64,000 nucleotides of DNA from Planctomycetota bacterium. Lineage in GTDB: Bacteria; Planctomycetota; Phycisphaerae; WQYP01. The position numbers were made by a program, and so were the translations under genes. The notes beneath the pieces are model-generated. The model saw only the letters and a list, made by a program, of their open reading frames with translations. It was not told the DNA's origin and did no database searches. Below are positions 38,523-49,019 of this stretch, one piece after another (the first letter of the stretch is position 1; every line of letters starts with the position of its first letter). The stretch is from positions 3,296 through 67,295 of the forward strand of contig JAJYZF010000004.1 of NCBI GenBank assembly GCA_021800165.1, in the 5' to 3' direction.

Positions 38523-39165
38523 CCGATAAAAACTTCGGCCCATGCACGCCCGTGACCAGGTTCATTTCAATATCCGAGGTTTTGCTGGGGCCATTGATGA
38601 TCACCACGTTGGAGGGTAGTTTGCCGGCCGTGTCGCGCCCCAGCATCACCATGGCATCCACCAGATCGCCGAGGATTTTATCCGCCGACAATATCACGAT
38701 GTGTAAATTTACCGTCAACGTGGAAGACCGTCCAAACCCGGCATCGCTCCACACCATCAATGCGCCGGTATCGGCCAAACCATAACGGCAGTCGGTAACG
38801 GCGGTGTCACATTCAAATACATCCCGGACACAGCTTGGTTCGGTCCAGCGGTGAACTTGCATACCGGCAGCGTTTAGAGCCTGGGCCAACGGTTCCACCG
38901 GCCAGGTCAGGCAATTGAGCATAACGCGGCGCGATTTCCGGGCGGTGAGAGTTTTTTCAATCGCCGCCACCACCCCATCCGCGGCCACTCGCTCTACACT
39001 CATCCCATTGCCGGCGGCACATCGTATCCAGCGGTCGATTCGCTTGGGGTCGTTGGCCGACACCTCACGGACCACCGCCTCACGACGCTCCGGCCGCGCC
39101 GCGGGCGCGATCGTTTCGGCGTGGCCCAAGGCCTGACGAACTCCGGATAAAAATTGCGTTCGCAT
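38485..39165 (-). CDS. lutC: LUD-domain lactate utilization protein C (LutC/YkgG)
   Basis: Follows lutA-lutB. LUD (DUF162) domain. Start chosen at MRTQFLSG. The long ORF-track N-terminal extension is probably spurious. Confidence 0.6.
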   Translation of the reverse strand: MRTQFLSGVRQALGHAETIAPAARPERREAVVREVSANDPKRIDRWIRCAAGNGMSVERVAADGVVAAIEKTLTARKSRRVMLNCLTWPVEPLAQALNAAGMQVHRWTEPSCVRDVFECDTAVTDCRYGLADTGALMVWSDAGFGRSSTLTVNLHIVILSADKILGDLVDAMVMLGRDTAGKLPSNVVIINGPSKTSDIEMNLVTGVHGPKFLSAIVVDPQPRNAA

Positions 39166-39205
39166 CCGAGGGAGCTCAATGGGCTTTGGAGAATTGACGT
39201 ACGAA

Positions 39206-40717
39206 TCACTCAAGGCCCGACCTTTCACCAAGAATACCCTTGCCATCCCCCATTGCTCTTTTTTTTGCCTGATGTTCTTTCCAGAGATATCGAAAATCAT
39301 GCTTGGGCGGACGTGGAAAATCACGCACGCGGGTCCACCCCTTGGCCGGGCCTGGAAGTTTCGAAATCCAATCGTCTTTGGCCGGCAATCGGCGCATGAA
39401 CAATCGCTGGGCCACTTGCCCCAGTCGATAGGACCACCGGTGCCGGAGGCCCCAGGTCCATAGGCCAAAAATCCACCGCTCGGTGCGCGTGGCTATGCCC
39501 GCCCGCACTTGATCGCGGCGCATCAGAATCAACATTTCCGGAATATTGATTTTTACCGGGCACGCCTCGTAGCAGGCCCCGCAGAGGCTGGAAGCGTGCG
39601 GCAAATGTTTATGCTCGGCCAAGCCGTTGAACAGCGGGGTTATCAAAGCTCCAATAGGGCCGGGATAAATACTGCCATAGGTATGCCCCCCCACCTTGCG
39701 ATAGATCGGACAGGCATTCAAACAAGCGCCACATCGAATGCAGCGCAGCGTATCGCGATACTCACCCGCCAGGATACGCAAGCGGCCGTTGTCCATGATA
39801 ATCAGATGAAACTCTTCCGGCCCGTCATGTTCGCCGGGGCGTTTAGGGCCAGTAATGATGTTGGTATATTGGGTAAGCGTTTGGCCGGAAGCACTGCGTG
39901 CCAGGAGCTTTAAGAAAACAGGAAGATCTTCCATGGCGGGAATGACCTTCTCCATCCCCATAATGGCCACATGAACCCGCGGACGCGAGGTACACATTCG
40001 CCCATTGCCTTCATTGGTGCAAATACAGATGGAGCCGGTTTCCGCAATGGCAAAATTAACCCCACTAATGCCCATATCCGCCTCGTTAAAGCGATGGCGC
40101 AGATAAACCCGGGCCATCTCCGCCAAGGTCGGTGGATCATCGGTATAGGGGACTTGGAAGTGGGCTGCAAACACCTCGCCGATCTCCTTGGCCCGCATGT
40201 GAATCACCGGCATTACGAGATGTGACGGGTGGCTTTTATCCACCTGGAGAATAAATTCACCCAAATCTGTTTCAATCACTTCCAGACCGGCCGCTTGAAG
40301 CGCGTTATTCAGTTCCATCTCTTCGCTGACCATGCTTTTACTTTTCACAATCAAGCGGCTGTTGGTGCGTCGGGCGATGGCAATCACCAGATCGTTAGCT
40401 TGCTGACTATCGGCGGCAAAATGCACTTGTCCGCCATGGGCCAGCACATTTTTCTCCAACAGTTCCAGGTAATAATCCAAGTGATCCAGGGTATGGCGTT
40501 TGATATTACCCGCTAGTGCCCGCAAGCCCTCGGCATCTGGCAATTCCGCCAGCATGGTTCTCCGGCTGTAATCCTTTTTGGTGACCGAATTATCGAGGGC
40601 ATCATGCAAGGATTGATTGGCGGACTCTACCGCAGCACTGGCCATAAAATCGGGCACAAACACCGGCAGGGCCAGGCGCGGCGGCGCAGGTTTTTTTTGC
40701 GAATCAGTGGCCGGCAT
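39206..40717 (-). CDS. lutB: Lactate utilization iron-sulfur protein LutB/LldF
   Basis: Two 4Fe-4S ferredoxin CxxCxxCxxxCP motifs plus a DUF3390 C-terminus. Start at MPATDSQKK, +/-1 nt. Confidence 0.8.
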   Translation of the reverse strand: MPATDSQKKPAPPRLALPVFVPDFMASAAVESANQSLHDALDNSVTKKDYSRRTMLAELPDAEGLRALAGNIKRHTLDHLDYYLELLEKNVLAHGGQVHFAADSQQANDLVIAIARRTNSRLIVKSKSMVSEEMELNNALQAAGLEVIETDLGEFILQVDKSHPSHLVMPVIHMRAKEIGEVFAAHFQVPYTDDPPTLAEMARVYLRHRFNEADMGISGVNFAIAETGSICICTNEGNGRMCTSRPRVHVAIMGMEKVIPAMEDLPVFLKLLARSASGQTLTQYTNIITGPKRPGEHDGPEEFHLIIMDNGRLRILAGEYRDTLRCIRCGACLNACPIYRKVGGHTYGSIYPGPIGALITPLFNGLAEHKHLPHASSLCGACYEACPVKINIPEMLILMRRDQVRAGIATRTERWIFGLWTWGLRHRWSYRLGQVAQRLFMRRLPAKDDWISKLPGPAKGWTRVRDFPRPPKHDFRYLWKEHQAKKRAMGDGKGILGERSGLE

Positions 40718-41459
40718 TGCCGTGGCCTCCTTCCAGCGCTGCGGCGATAAGTTCCGCCGCATGGCGTACGGCAAAGGTGCCGCCATAGCGATGGCCCGCT
40801 CCGCCGATATTCATAGCACAGCCGCCATCGTTAACAATCATCACCTGGGCCTGGCTGCGATTACCGCATTGCACCTTATCGCGCACGATGGCGCCGCTGA
40901 TATCCGGATACTTTGTGGCGAAAGTACCGCCGAAGCCGCAGCACTGTTCCGCCTTTTCCAGCGGCACGAAGCGGCAATTGCCGATTTGCCGCAGCAGATC
41001 AATACATGGCTCGCCCGTCAACTCCAACCCGCGCAGGTGGCAAGTGTAGTGGTAGGTGAAGTCAACCGGTTCCGGCAGGCGATACGAGGTAAGGTCCACC
41101 TTGAGTATTTTGGTGAGAAATTCGATATATTCATAAGTGCGCGCCACAAATTCCAATGCTTCCTGCTGGTGAATCGCGTTGTCGGCAAACAGGTGGGGAT
41201 AATGGTCGCGGATCATCGCACAGCAGGATCCCGAAGGCGTAACAATGTAGTCTGCTCCACGAAACACCCTGATCATCCGCTGGGCCAAGGTGCGGGCCTG
41301 TTCCGGGTAGCCGTTATTGAAGGCAGGCTGTCCGCAGCAGGTTTGATCCGCGGGGAAATCCACTTCGCAACCAAAATGTTCCAGGGTTTTAACCACGGCC
41401 ATGCCGACACTTGGCGCAAAGAGGTCCGTAAGACAGGTGATAAAAAGGCTGACTTTCAT
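40704..41459 (-). CDS. lutA: Lactate utilization Fe-S oxidoreductase LutA (CCG-domain, GlcF-like)
   Basis: Two cysteine-rich CCG domains (CCG..., CC.FGG). ATG at 41457-41459 (MKVSLFITC). Confidence 0.8.
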   Translation of the reverse strand: MKVSLFITCLTDLFAPSVGMAVVKTLEHFGCEVDFPADQTCCGQPAFNNGYPEQARTLAQRMIRVFRGADYIVTPSGSCCAMIRDHYPHLFADNAIHQQEALEFVARTYEYIEFLTKILKVDLTSYRLPEPVDFTYHYTCHLRGLELTGEPCIDLLRQIGNCRFVPLEKAEQCCGFGGTFATKYPDISGAIVRDKVQCGNRSQAQVMIVNDGGCAMNIGGAGHRYGGTFAVRHAAELIAAALEGGHGNAGH

Positions 41460-41998
41460 TGGAGCGTTTCCAGGGTGATGTGGGAGTTGGTGTAAATACA
41501 AATTTGGCCGGCAATTAAAAGGGATTCACGGGTGATTTCTTCCGCCGTAAGGTTACTGTGCTTCAATAAAGCCCGCGCTGCGGCGATAGCATACGGGCTG
41601 CCGCTGCCAATGCCTAGAACGCCGTCATCAGGCTCGATAACGTCGCCCGTACCGGAAATGAGCAGTGAGACGGACTTGTCGGCCACCGCGAGCATGGCTT
41701 CCAGACGGCGCATGGCTCGATCGGTTCGCCAATCTTTGGCCAGTTCCACGGCGGCCTTTTTGGTGTTGCCCTTGAATTCGCGCAGTTTAGCCTCAAAACG
41801 GTCGAGCAGAGCTAAACCGTCGGCGGCACTGCCGGCGAAGCCGGCCAGAATCTGATTTTCAAAAAGTCGCCGTATTTTGACGGCATCCTGTTTCACTCTC
41901 GTGTTGCCCAGCGTCACCTGCCCGTCGCCGCCCAGGGCCACCATGCCGCCGCGGCGCACGGAAACAATGGTGGTTGAATGAATCTTTACCGAGGCCAT
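41456..41998 (-). CDS. hslV: ATP-dependent protease subunit HslV
   Basis: [24 protein letters not shown]... is the proteasome-like beta subunit. No hslU is adjacent. Confidence 0.85.
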   Translation of the reverse strand: MASVKIHSTTIVSVRRGGMVALGGDGQVTLGNTRVKQDAVKIRRLFENQILAGFAGSAADGLALLDRFEAKLREFKGNTKKAAVELAKDWRTDRAMRRLEAMLAVADKSVSLLISGTGDVIEPDDGVLGIGSGSPYAIAAARALLKHSNLTAEEITRESLLIAGQICIYTNSHITLETLQ

Positions 41999-42030
41999 AC
42001 TTTTGATCCGATCAGGTCTGAACCAAGAAA

Positions 42031-42807
42031 TTATTGTAATGCTTTTCCTTCCGATGGACGAGCCGCTTCCGTGCGAACCGGCCCCGCCCCGAAGAGGGCC
42101 GTACCGATGCGGACCATGGTGGCCCCCTCCTCGATGGCCACCGAATAATCGCCGCTCATGCCCATGGAAAGATGACAGAATTGTGGACCGGCAAGTTTAT
42201 GAAATCTGATTTCCTCAAATATTTCACGCAACCGTGCAAAGGCGGGACGCGATTCCTCCGGATCGCTCGATTGTCGGGCCATCGTCATCAACCCCACCAG
42301 CGATAGATTGGCCATGGTTTCAATTTGCTCCGCCAGATGAATGGCCGCCGGCAGAGCAATGCCGTATTTGCTTTCTTCTCCGGTGGTGTTGACCTGTAGC
42401 ATTACCTGGGCTGGCTCGTCACGACGGGCGGCAAGTTCGTTAATTTCTTCAGCCAACCGCAAAGAGTCCACGCTATGAATGTAGTGCGCCAGGGATAAGG
42501 TTTGCAACACTTTGTTGCGTTGCAGATGGCCGATCATGTGCCAAGTAATGTTGGTCTGGCAGGGCCGACCACCTTCCATTGTGGCCTGCTCCCGCCAATG
42601 GTCAATCTGCTCCAGATGCGTTTGCAATTGCTGGGTACGGTTGTCCGCCAGATGGGTTTCGCCCGCGAGAAGAAGCTCCTCGATTTGGGCCGGTAGAGCA
42701 TTTTTTACCACTGCTATCAGGGTAATTTCATCTGGACTGCGTCTAGCTCGCGCCGCTGCCGCGGCAATTTCTTTCTTCACAGCTTGCAGATTGGCGGCTA
42801 CAGTCAT
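42031..42807 (-). CDS. yggS: YggS-family pyridoxal-phosphate homeostasis protein
   Basis: Alanine-racemase N-domain fold, ...VKN...G.TH...N.TQQL... pattern, about 258 aa from the ATG at 42805-42807. Confidence 0.8.
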   Translation of the reverse strand: MTVAANLQAVKKEIAAAAARARRSPDEITLIAVVKNALPAQIEELLLAGETHLADNRTQQLQTHLEQIDHWREQATMEGGRPCQTNITWHMIGHLQRNKVLQTLSLAHYIHSVDSLRLAEEINELAARRDEPAQVMLQVNTTGEESKYGIALPAAIHLAEQIETMANLSLVGLMTMARQSSDPEESRPAFARLREIFEEIRFHKLAGPQFCHLSMGMSGDYSVAIEEGATMVRIGTALFGAGPVRTEAARPSEGKALQ

Positions 42808-43065
42808 GATACACTTCTTGTGCGACAACAACTCGAATCCACGTGAATTATCTGCGCACCGGGCAATCTGTAAACAACGCCCAAGCCTCAGGCCGCTTAC
42901 CCTCCCAACCTCTATCCATAAAAGCACGCTGGCATCACCCCTGTTTCTCCATACACCGGTGCTGGTGCAAGAGCCGGATGGGTTTGGGATATAGCATCAT
43001 CCCGGAGCCGCGGTCAGCGGGTTGTATACCGGCGCAGCTAGTGTATAATTCCCGGCAATTCGCCT

Positions 43066-43137
43066 GCGGGCGTAGCTCAGTGGTAGAGCGTCACGTTGCC
43101 AACGTGAATGTCGAGGGTTCAAATCCCTTCGCCCGCT
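43066..43137 (+). tRNA. tRNA-Gly (anticodon GCC)
   Basis: GCGGGCGTAGCTCAGTGGTAGAGCGTCACGTTGCCAACGTGAATGTCGAGGGTTCAAATCCCTTCGCCCGCT. Anticodon loop TTGCCAA, discriminator U. Confidence 0.9.
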
Positions 43138-43277
43138 TTTTATATTGCCGACCGGGCAAGTGCTAACGTCTTCAACGATTCGTCTGGGTCTTCCGCACAG
43201 CGATCCCTTGGATCAAGGAATCAATGGTTGGTCGGTTCATGACCTTGATCCGTGGCCGTAACGGAGAAATAAATCTG

Positions 43278-44141
43278 ATGGCGGTACCCTCGATTCTAAG
43301 ATACGCGGGAATTGTTCTGACTTGGCTTGTTCTGGTGGCGGGGCCTGGCAATGGTACGTTCGCTGCGCGCATTGCCGTTACCCCGCCGGCGTTATATGCC
43401 CGGCTCACTGCTAAGCCTTCCGGCAGCCACCCCCTGCCCACCGCCGCCGCGTGGCGCTACGCCCCACGCACCGCTATCTTTACGCGGGCTATCAACCGGG
43501 CCGCCGACAGGTTTCAGACGATCAGTCAATACCATACGTGGGTGCAGATGCTGTGGAGTCGCGGCGTCCTGTATGTCCGTTTTACCTGCCGTGGCGCACC
43601 TCACGGCATCACCTTCCGAGCCAATAACCAGAAGCTCTACCAACAGGATGTGGTGGAAATTTTTCTGGATGTGGTCGGTACTATGCAAAATTATGTGGAA
43701 ATTGAAGTTAGTCCGCATGGGTTTCATACCGTGTTCCGGCACCACTGGGTTAAACCCCCAACTTATCCCGCAACCGCCATTAACTGGCAGCAGGCAGCAA
43801 AAAATCATCAGGAATCCCTCTGGCATATTCCCGGCTTGCGAACCGCCGCGAGCCTGCTTAAAAAACATGGAAAGAAGACCGGCTGGGAGGCCACCTTGGC
43901 CATTCCCATCGGACCGATCGCCAGATTGAGCCCCGGCCCCCACACTTTGCAGCGCCATCAGCGCTTGCGGGCCAATTTCGTCCGCTATGTCTATCTGCCT
44001 GGTCCGCGGGGCCAGCGCATCCTCCATCAATTGAACTGGGTGCCCACCATGCTGGGTGAGCCTCATGAATCGCCAATGGCCATGGGAACCATCATCCTTA
44101 CGGCCTCCAGGCACCACAATCAGCGCGGCCGCCCGCACTGA
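43278..44141 (+). CDS. Secreted hypothetical protein (possible carbohydrate-binding module-like)
   Basis: Signal peptide (MAVPSILRYAGIVLTWLVLVAG). No clear family. DVVEIFLD resembles CBM9/DOMON-type modules. Confidence 0.4.
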   Translation: MAVPSILRYAGIVLTWLVLVAGPGNGTFAARIAVTPPALYARLTAKPSGSHPLPTAAAWRYAPRTAIFTRAINRAADRFQTISQYHTWVQMLWSRGVLYVRFTCRGAPHGITFRANNQKLYQQDVVEIFLDVVGTMQNYVEIEVSPHGFHTVFRHHWVKPPTYPATAINWQQAAKNHQESLWHIPGLRTAASLLKKHGKKTGWEATLAIPIGPIARLSPGPHTLQRHQRLRANFVRYVYLPGPRGQRILHQLNWVPTMLGEPHESPMAMGTIILTASRHHNQRGRPH

Positions 44142-44535
44142 CTTTTCACAAACTGGGCAGGTGTCGACTTTGGCCCGATTCTTTGGCTAACACTCGATCA
44201 GAGATGGTTTGGTCCGGAATTTGCATTGATCTCTTCGACTTGGTCCCAGCAACGGGAACAATGTGTTCTCGGCTCGGATCAACCGCCTGGACCAAGCGGT
44301 CAACAAACCCGCGATGGGGTTTGATCGTATCAATTCAGGCGTGTTCGCCTGTGGAAGTTGACTTTGGACTAGCCTCTTGCGGTCTAAGGCCAACTAGATC
44401 ATCAGTCGCAAGAGAGATGGTCTGGATCGGTTGGCAGCCGCAGAAAAAAAAGGAAGTTATTTTCTTGCATTGACCGATGAAAGACGTTATGAATTTAAAT
44501 AGAGCATTAAACCGAGTCCTTTTTTTATAAGGAGT

Positions 44536-44682
44536 GTTCGTTATGGCCCATCGTCGAACCTCAGGCGCGAAGGTCCGTTCCCACAAGATCGGTTTTAACA
44601 AGGCTCATTTTCAGCATCGCAAGCAGGCACGTCTCGAAGCCAGGCGATTGCTGGTGGACGTACCGCGTCTGATCACCGAATA
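44536..44682 (+). CDS. Small basic 48-aa protein (hypothetical)
   Basis: MAHRRTSGAKVRSHKIGFNKAHFQHRKQARLEARRLLVDVPRLITE, preceded by AAGGAG 8 nt upstream. Below the 60-aa cutoff of the ORF track. Confidence 0.3.
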
Positions 44683-44877
44683 AAAGGCTCAGCGCCGTGG
44701 CCATGGGCTTGCGTTGGGAGCAAGTTCTCCTTTGGCACGTTCGAGAATCGACTTGTTCCAGACGATAGGATCGTGGCTTTTTCCGCCCCCTATCTTTCAG
44801 CCGGATATTCCGGTTGAGCGGTAGGGTTTTTTCTTAAGTGCGGTTATAATTGGATCGTTGTGCAGAAGGATGTTGCA

Positions 44878-45357
44878 ATGCCCGATCCAAATACGCCCTC
44901 ACACGATGGCCACCAGCCACGAAGTCTGATTCTGGTCGTGGATGATAATCCGCAAAATGTAGAATTGATTCAGGCCTATCTTGAGGGTTTGAACTGCACC
45001 ACGGATGTCGCGGCGGATGGAGTGGAGGCTTTGGAAAAGGTCGCCACTTGCAAGCCTGATCTTATAATCCTGGATATTATGATGCCGCGGATGAGCGGGT
45101 TTGAAGTTTGCCGGCGCATCAAGGCGGCTGCGGAGACTCGCGAAATTCCTATTTTGATGGTAACCGCCCTGAACGAAATTGGGGACATCGAAAAAGGTGT
45201 CGAAAGCGGCACGGATGATTTTCTATCCAAGCCGATCAACAAACTCGAGTTGGTTACACGCGTAAAAAGTCTGCTTCGAGTCAGACATCTCCAGGGTCAG
45301 TTGGAACGGACCATGGCCTATCTGTCGGATATTGAATCCAGCGAAAGGCGATCCTGA
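44878..45357 (+). CDS. Stand-alone response regulator receiver (CheY-like)
   Basis: LVVDDNPQN...DLIILDIMMPRMSGFEV...TA...K is a canonical REC domain with no output domain. Confidence 0.8.
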   Translation: MPDPNTPSHDGHQPRSLILVVDDNPQNVELIQAYLEGLNCTTDVAADGVEALEKVATCKPDLIILDIMMPRMSGFEVCRRIKAAAETREIPILMVTALNEIGDIEKGVESGTDDFLSKPINKLELVTRVKSLLRVRHLQGQLERTMAYLSDIESSERRS

Positions 45358-45529
45358 ATTTAAGACACCGGCGGCTCTCAGAGCGGGTTCGGCGATCATC
45401 AGGTCGGTTGACGCGGTGGATCGACTCTGGCTATAAACGTCACCATGGCGTGAGGGTGGGTGTAAATCCACCAAGCCCAGAGACGGGTTCTGCGATGGCG
45501 GTGTGGCCAGAACACAGTTGGAATGTTAG

Positions 45530-47047
45530 ATGCTGAAATTTCAAGTATTTCGCGAGGGTGACCCTCCGCCGGAGTTGGATATTACCTCGGCGTACCTTGC
45601 GGGTTCGGATAGCATCCCGATTCGCGGCGATCTTAGCTATTCCGGTGGGGAGCTGCGTTGTCGAAAGCGTGCCGCCGGGCCTTCGGCGTTGGCCCTGCTC
45701 TGGGAGGTCAAAGGGTTCGGCGCGGTGCTGCTGGAAACTACGCGGCTGCCGGAGCGGCCTGACCCTTACATACTGAATCTGGAATTGGCACGCTCGCGCA
45801 TGATGCGATTGATTCAAAAGAGAGAGGAATGGGGATTTTTTGACCTGCCGGAAGCTCAAGGCATTAATGATAAATTTAACGAGGCACGCGATTTGCTTGT
45901 GGAAGCCATCTTGCAACAGGATGATCCACCCGCCGCCAGTCGGCTGGCCGACCGATGTTTGGCGCTGGTGATGCCGCTCTCTGAACAGGCGGCCGTTATT
46001 CACGCGGAACTGCTGCTGCAGCGGCGTATCGCCACCAAGGCGTTTCCACGCAATGTATTTGGCTGTCACGCGGATTTACAAATCACCAACGATCAGTACC
46101 GCAAGAAACTCATGGCCTGTTCTGATTTTGTGATGCTGCCGATACATTGGAAAACCGTGGAACCACAGGAGCAGGCTTTTGCCTGGGGACAGGTGGATGA
46201 GTGGATGGAATTTCTGCGAAGGGCCAAACTGCCTGTCGTGTTCGGGCCTCTGGTTGCCTTTACGGAGTTGTCCATCCCGGATTGGCTCTATATCTGGGAA
46301 CACGATTATGAGCAGGTTCGCGGGCTGCTTTATGAGCACATTGAGCGCATGGTTACCCGCTACGGACCGCAGGTGGTTTTATGGAACGTTCTTAGTGGAC
46401 TTCACGTCAATGCCCACTTTTCCTTCACTTTTGACCAACTGATGGACCTGACGCGCATGGCCATCGGCGTGGTCAAGCGTGTCTTGCCCAACGCCCAAAC
46501 CATGATCGAAATCACCCAACCTTGGGGTGAATATTATGCCCGCAATCAACGCAGCATACCGCCTTTGGTTTATGCCGAGATGGTGGTCCAAAGCGGTGTG
46601 GCGTTTGACATGTTCGGGCTGGCCCTTTCGTTTGGAGTGCCGCGTGATGGATGTTGGCAGCGCGACCTATTTCAGATCAGCGCGCTCATTGATCGCTTTG
46701 CGGCACTGGGTAAGCCCGTGGCCATTAACCGTATTGAAGTGCCAAGTCAAACGACCGACGAGGCCGCTGGCGCGGGTATTTGGCGGCAGCCCTGGAATGA
46801 GGCTCTCCAAGCCAAATGGCTTGAGGCCGTCACCAATATCGTCTTAAGCAAACCATTTGTGGAAGCCGTGACTTGGCGCAATGTGATGGATCGGGATAGC
46901 AATGCCATTCAATTTTCCGGACTCTGCAATGCGGATTTAAGCCCGAAAAAAGCGCAGGCTACCTGGATTTCAATGCGCCGCGCGGTCATGGTGGTGCGTC
47001 AAGGTGGGGCCAAAACGGGAGACCAGCCTAAGCCTGTAAGCGGCTGA
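45530..47047 (+). CDS. Hypothetical protein, possibly a TIM-barrel glycoside-hydrolase-like fold
   Basis: 505 aa. A weak resemblance to GH10-like proteins is not supported by the catalytic motifs I can see. Confidence 0.35.
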   Translation: MLKFQVFREGDPPPELDITSAYLAGSDSIPIRGDLSYSGGELRCRKRAAGPSALALLWEVKGFGAVLLETTRLPERPDPYILNLELARSRMMRLIQKREEWGFFDLPEAQGINDKFNEARDLLVEAILQQDDPPAASRLADRCLALVMPLSEQAAVIHAELLLQRRIATKAFPRNVFGCHADLQITNDQYRKKLMACSDFVMLPIHWKTVEPQEQAFAWGQVDEWMEFLRRAKLPVVFGPLVAFTELSIPDWLYIWEHDYEQVRGLLYEHIERMVTRYGPQVVLWNVLSGLHVNAHFSFTFDQLMDLTRMAIGVVKRVLPNAQTMIEITQPWGEYYARNQRSIPPLVYAEMVVQSGVAFDMFGLALSFGVPRDGCWQRDLFQISALIDRFAALGKPVAINRIEVPSQTTDEAAGAGIWRQPWNEALQAKWLEAVTNIVLSKPFVEAVTWRNVMDRDSNAIQFSGLCNADLSPKKAQATWISMRRAVMVVRQGGAKTGDQPKPVSG

Positions 47048-47118
47048 TTCTGGCGCTCATCCCTGACGCCACTCTGGTTTGGCAGTACGCTCGGCGGTTG
47101 CGGCGGGATCATAAAATC

Positions 47119-47601
47119 ATGACTCCTCATCAAGATAATGTTGACGATGTCCCCGCCGACTCGACCTCCCACCAGCAGGCAGTGACACCGGCATTTGCGG
47201 ATGAATGGGGCTGGACCCGTCGGCATCAGATTGGTTTGGCCATGCTCACATTCTGTTTACTGGTGTTTTTAGCGGTACAGCTCTGGCGACATCCCGTTCG
47301 GCTAGGCTCTGCGGTGAGGCAGGGCGAGATGCGCCATGTCGTGCTGCAAAACCGAATTGATCTAAACACTGCCACCTGGGCGTCAATCGTGCGTTTGCCG
47401 GGCATTGGACCCGGCCGGGCCGAGCGGATTCTTGCCTATCGCTCCCGCCAACTCCAACTACACTCCGGCGTGATGGTTTTTCGAAGTATCAGAGACCTAA
47501 GAAAAGTGCCCGGAATAGGCAAAAAAATCAGCTTGGCTTTGTTGCCATTTTTAAAATTTCCCAGCCTCCCCACCACGCACACTGCCCATCCCGCCCAGTA
47601 G
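47119..47601 (+). CDS. comEA: ComEA-family helix-hairpin-helix DNA-binding protein
   Basis: TM anchor followed by IDLNTATWASIVRLPGIGPGRAERILAYR...LRKVPGIGKK (two HhH motifs). Confidence 0.7.
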   Translation: MTPHQDNVDDVPADSTSHQQAVTPAFADEWGWTRRHQIGLAMLTFCLLVFLAVQLWRHPVRLGSAVRQGEMRHVVLQNRIDLNTATWASIVRLPGIGPGRAERILAYRSRQLQLHSGVMVFRSIRDLRKVPGIGKKISLALLPFLKFPSLPTTHTAHPAQ

Positions 47602-47648
47602 CACCGGGCAGCAAAGGTATGTGAAGGCTTCGGCGGTCAGGCTCCCCG

Positions 47649-48980
47649 TCATTTCATTCGGCGTCCCATCACCCATACCGCGGCAGGTTCCGGGGCATTA
47701 TGCACAATGGCCCGGCAGACGGCATTGGCATCCGTGCCGACAGATCGATCCAGCGGCAGGAGAACGGCATCGGCAGAAAAGCCTGCCGCCAAACGCCCGA
47801 CCTGTTGAGAGAGTCCCAGGGCCTGGGCCGGCAGAGTGGTGATCATCTCCATCAGCACCACCGCAGAAGTTTGTGGATGGCATTGCAAAACATGACGGGC
47901 CTCACGCAAGAGGGATAAATCCGGGTTGCTGGCCAGCGAATCGGTGGACAGGCAAACAGGGATGCAACGCGACAACATCTTTCGCCACGGATGCTCTCCG
48001 TGCCGAGAATGGTCGAAATAGGCATGCGTGCGTGGACACCAAGCCACACTGGCTCCGCTTTCGGCAAGAATTTTCAGATCGGTATCGTCGGCATAATTGA
48101 CGTGGGCCAACACCACCGGTATGGGGCTTAACCCAGCCACGGTTTTCCGTCGTTTATCGAGGAGCAATTCGTAGTGTCGGCCCCAATGGATTGGCCCGCC
48201 GCGGAAGCGCGGCACCTGTTCGTCAATAATATCGAGCCTTTGCATGAGCGGCCAGGATCGCCCCAGCGGACCATCCAGCGTAGCGAGAAATTCTCCCTCT
48301 TCCGCATTTTCCGCCAGATGCATGGCCAGCGGCAGATGACGACTTTCCGCCACAGCTACAATCCGCCGCAGAGCCGGCCCTTCCACCGAATAAGGCGCGT
48401 GCGGAGAGAGACCAATGGAAAGGTACTCCCCGACGGCGTGGCTAGTCAACGCGGCATCCAGACGGGCTTGCAGGGTGTGGCGGCGTTTACCCAAGGCTGT
48501 AATTTCACCGAAACTGACCACACGCACCGGGCCGCCCGCCAAGATGGGCCGCGTCAACTCCGGCCAGCGGGTGATATCACCGACAGTCGTGACACCAAAA
48601 CGGATACACTCCGCAGCCCCCCTTTGGGTGGCGTCCGGGATGACGTGTGCGGCCTCGGCGGGTTGCGGCATTTGCGCGATGAGTTGCAGTACCCAGTCCG
48701 GAAAGGCTATGGGCCCCTGGATCTTTCCAACTAAAAAACTTAATTCCAAGTGGGTATGGGCGTTGACAAAACCGGGACATAAAATGTGGTCCGAAAAATG
48801 CTGCTCCCGCATTCCCGGAAAGCGGGATCGAAGCTGAACCGCCGGCCCAACCGCGGCGATGCGTCCATGTTCCACGGCGATACCCGCCTGGGCAATTATT
48901 TCGCGCGGCTGCGTCATCAAAGCGTCGGCGATGATTATCTGCCCTGGAGCTAACTCCGTCGGGAATTCCGGCATGGCCAA
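47649..48980 (-). CDS. Amidohydrolase-family deaminase (MtaD/SsnA-like chlorohydrolase)
   Basis: N-terminal HxH metal motif (FVNAHTHLELS). Conserved His/Asp later in the sequence. Exact substrate unknown. Confidence 0.7.
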   Translation of the reverse strand: MAMPEFPTELAPGQIIIADALMTQPREIIAQAGIAVEHGRIAAVGPAVQLRSRFPGMREQHFSDHILCPGFVNAHTHLELSFLVGKIQGPIAFPDWVLQLIAQMPQPAEAAHVIPDATQRGAAECIRFGVTTVGDITRWPELTRPILAGGPVRVVSFGEITALGKRRHTLQARLDAALTSHAVGEYLSIGLSPHAPYSVEGPALRRIVAVAESRHLPLAMHLAENAEEGEFLATLDGPLGRSWPLMQRLDIIDEQVPRFRGGPIHWGRHYELLLDKRRKTVAGLSPIPVVLAHVNYADDTDLKILAESGASVAWCPRTHAYFDHSRHGEHPWRKMLSRCIPVCLSTDSLASNPDLSLLREARHVLQCHPQTSAVVLMEMITTLPAQALGLSQQVGRLAAGFSADAVLLPLDRSVGTDANAVCRAIVHNAPEPAAVWVMGRRMK

Positions 48981-49019
48981 AGACTCCTGTGCCCAGCGCC
49001 CGGCGCAGCGCCGGCGGCT

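Noticed and set aside
45530-47047. Confident GH10 xylanase call
   Set aside because: The catalytic WDVVNE and ITELD motifs are not present. Downgraded to hypothetical.
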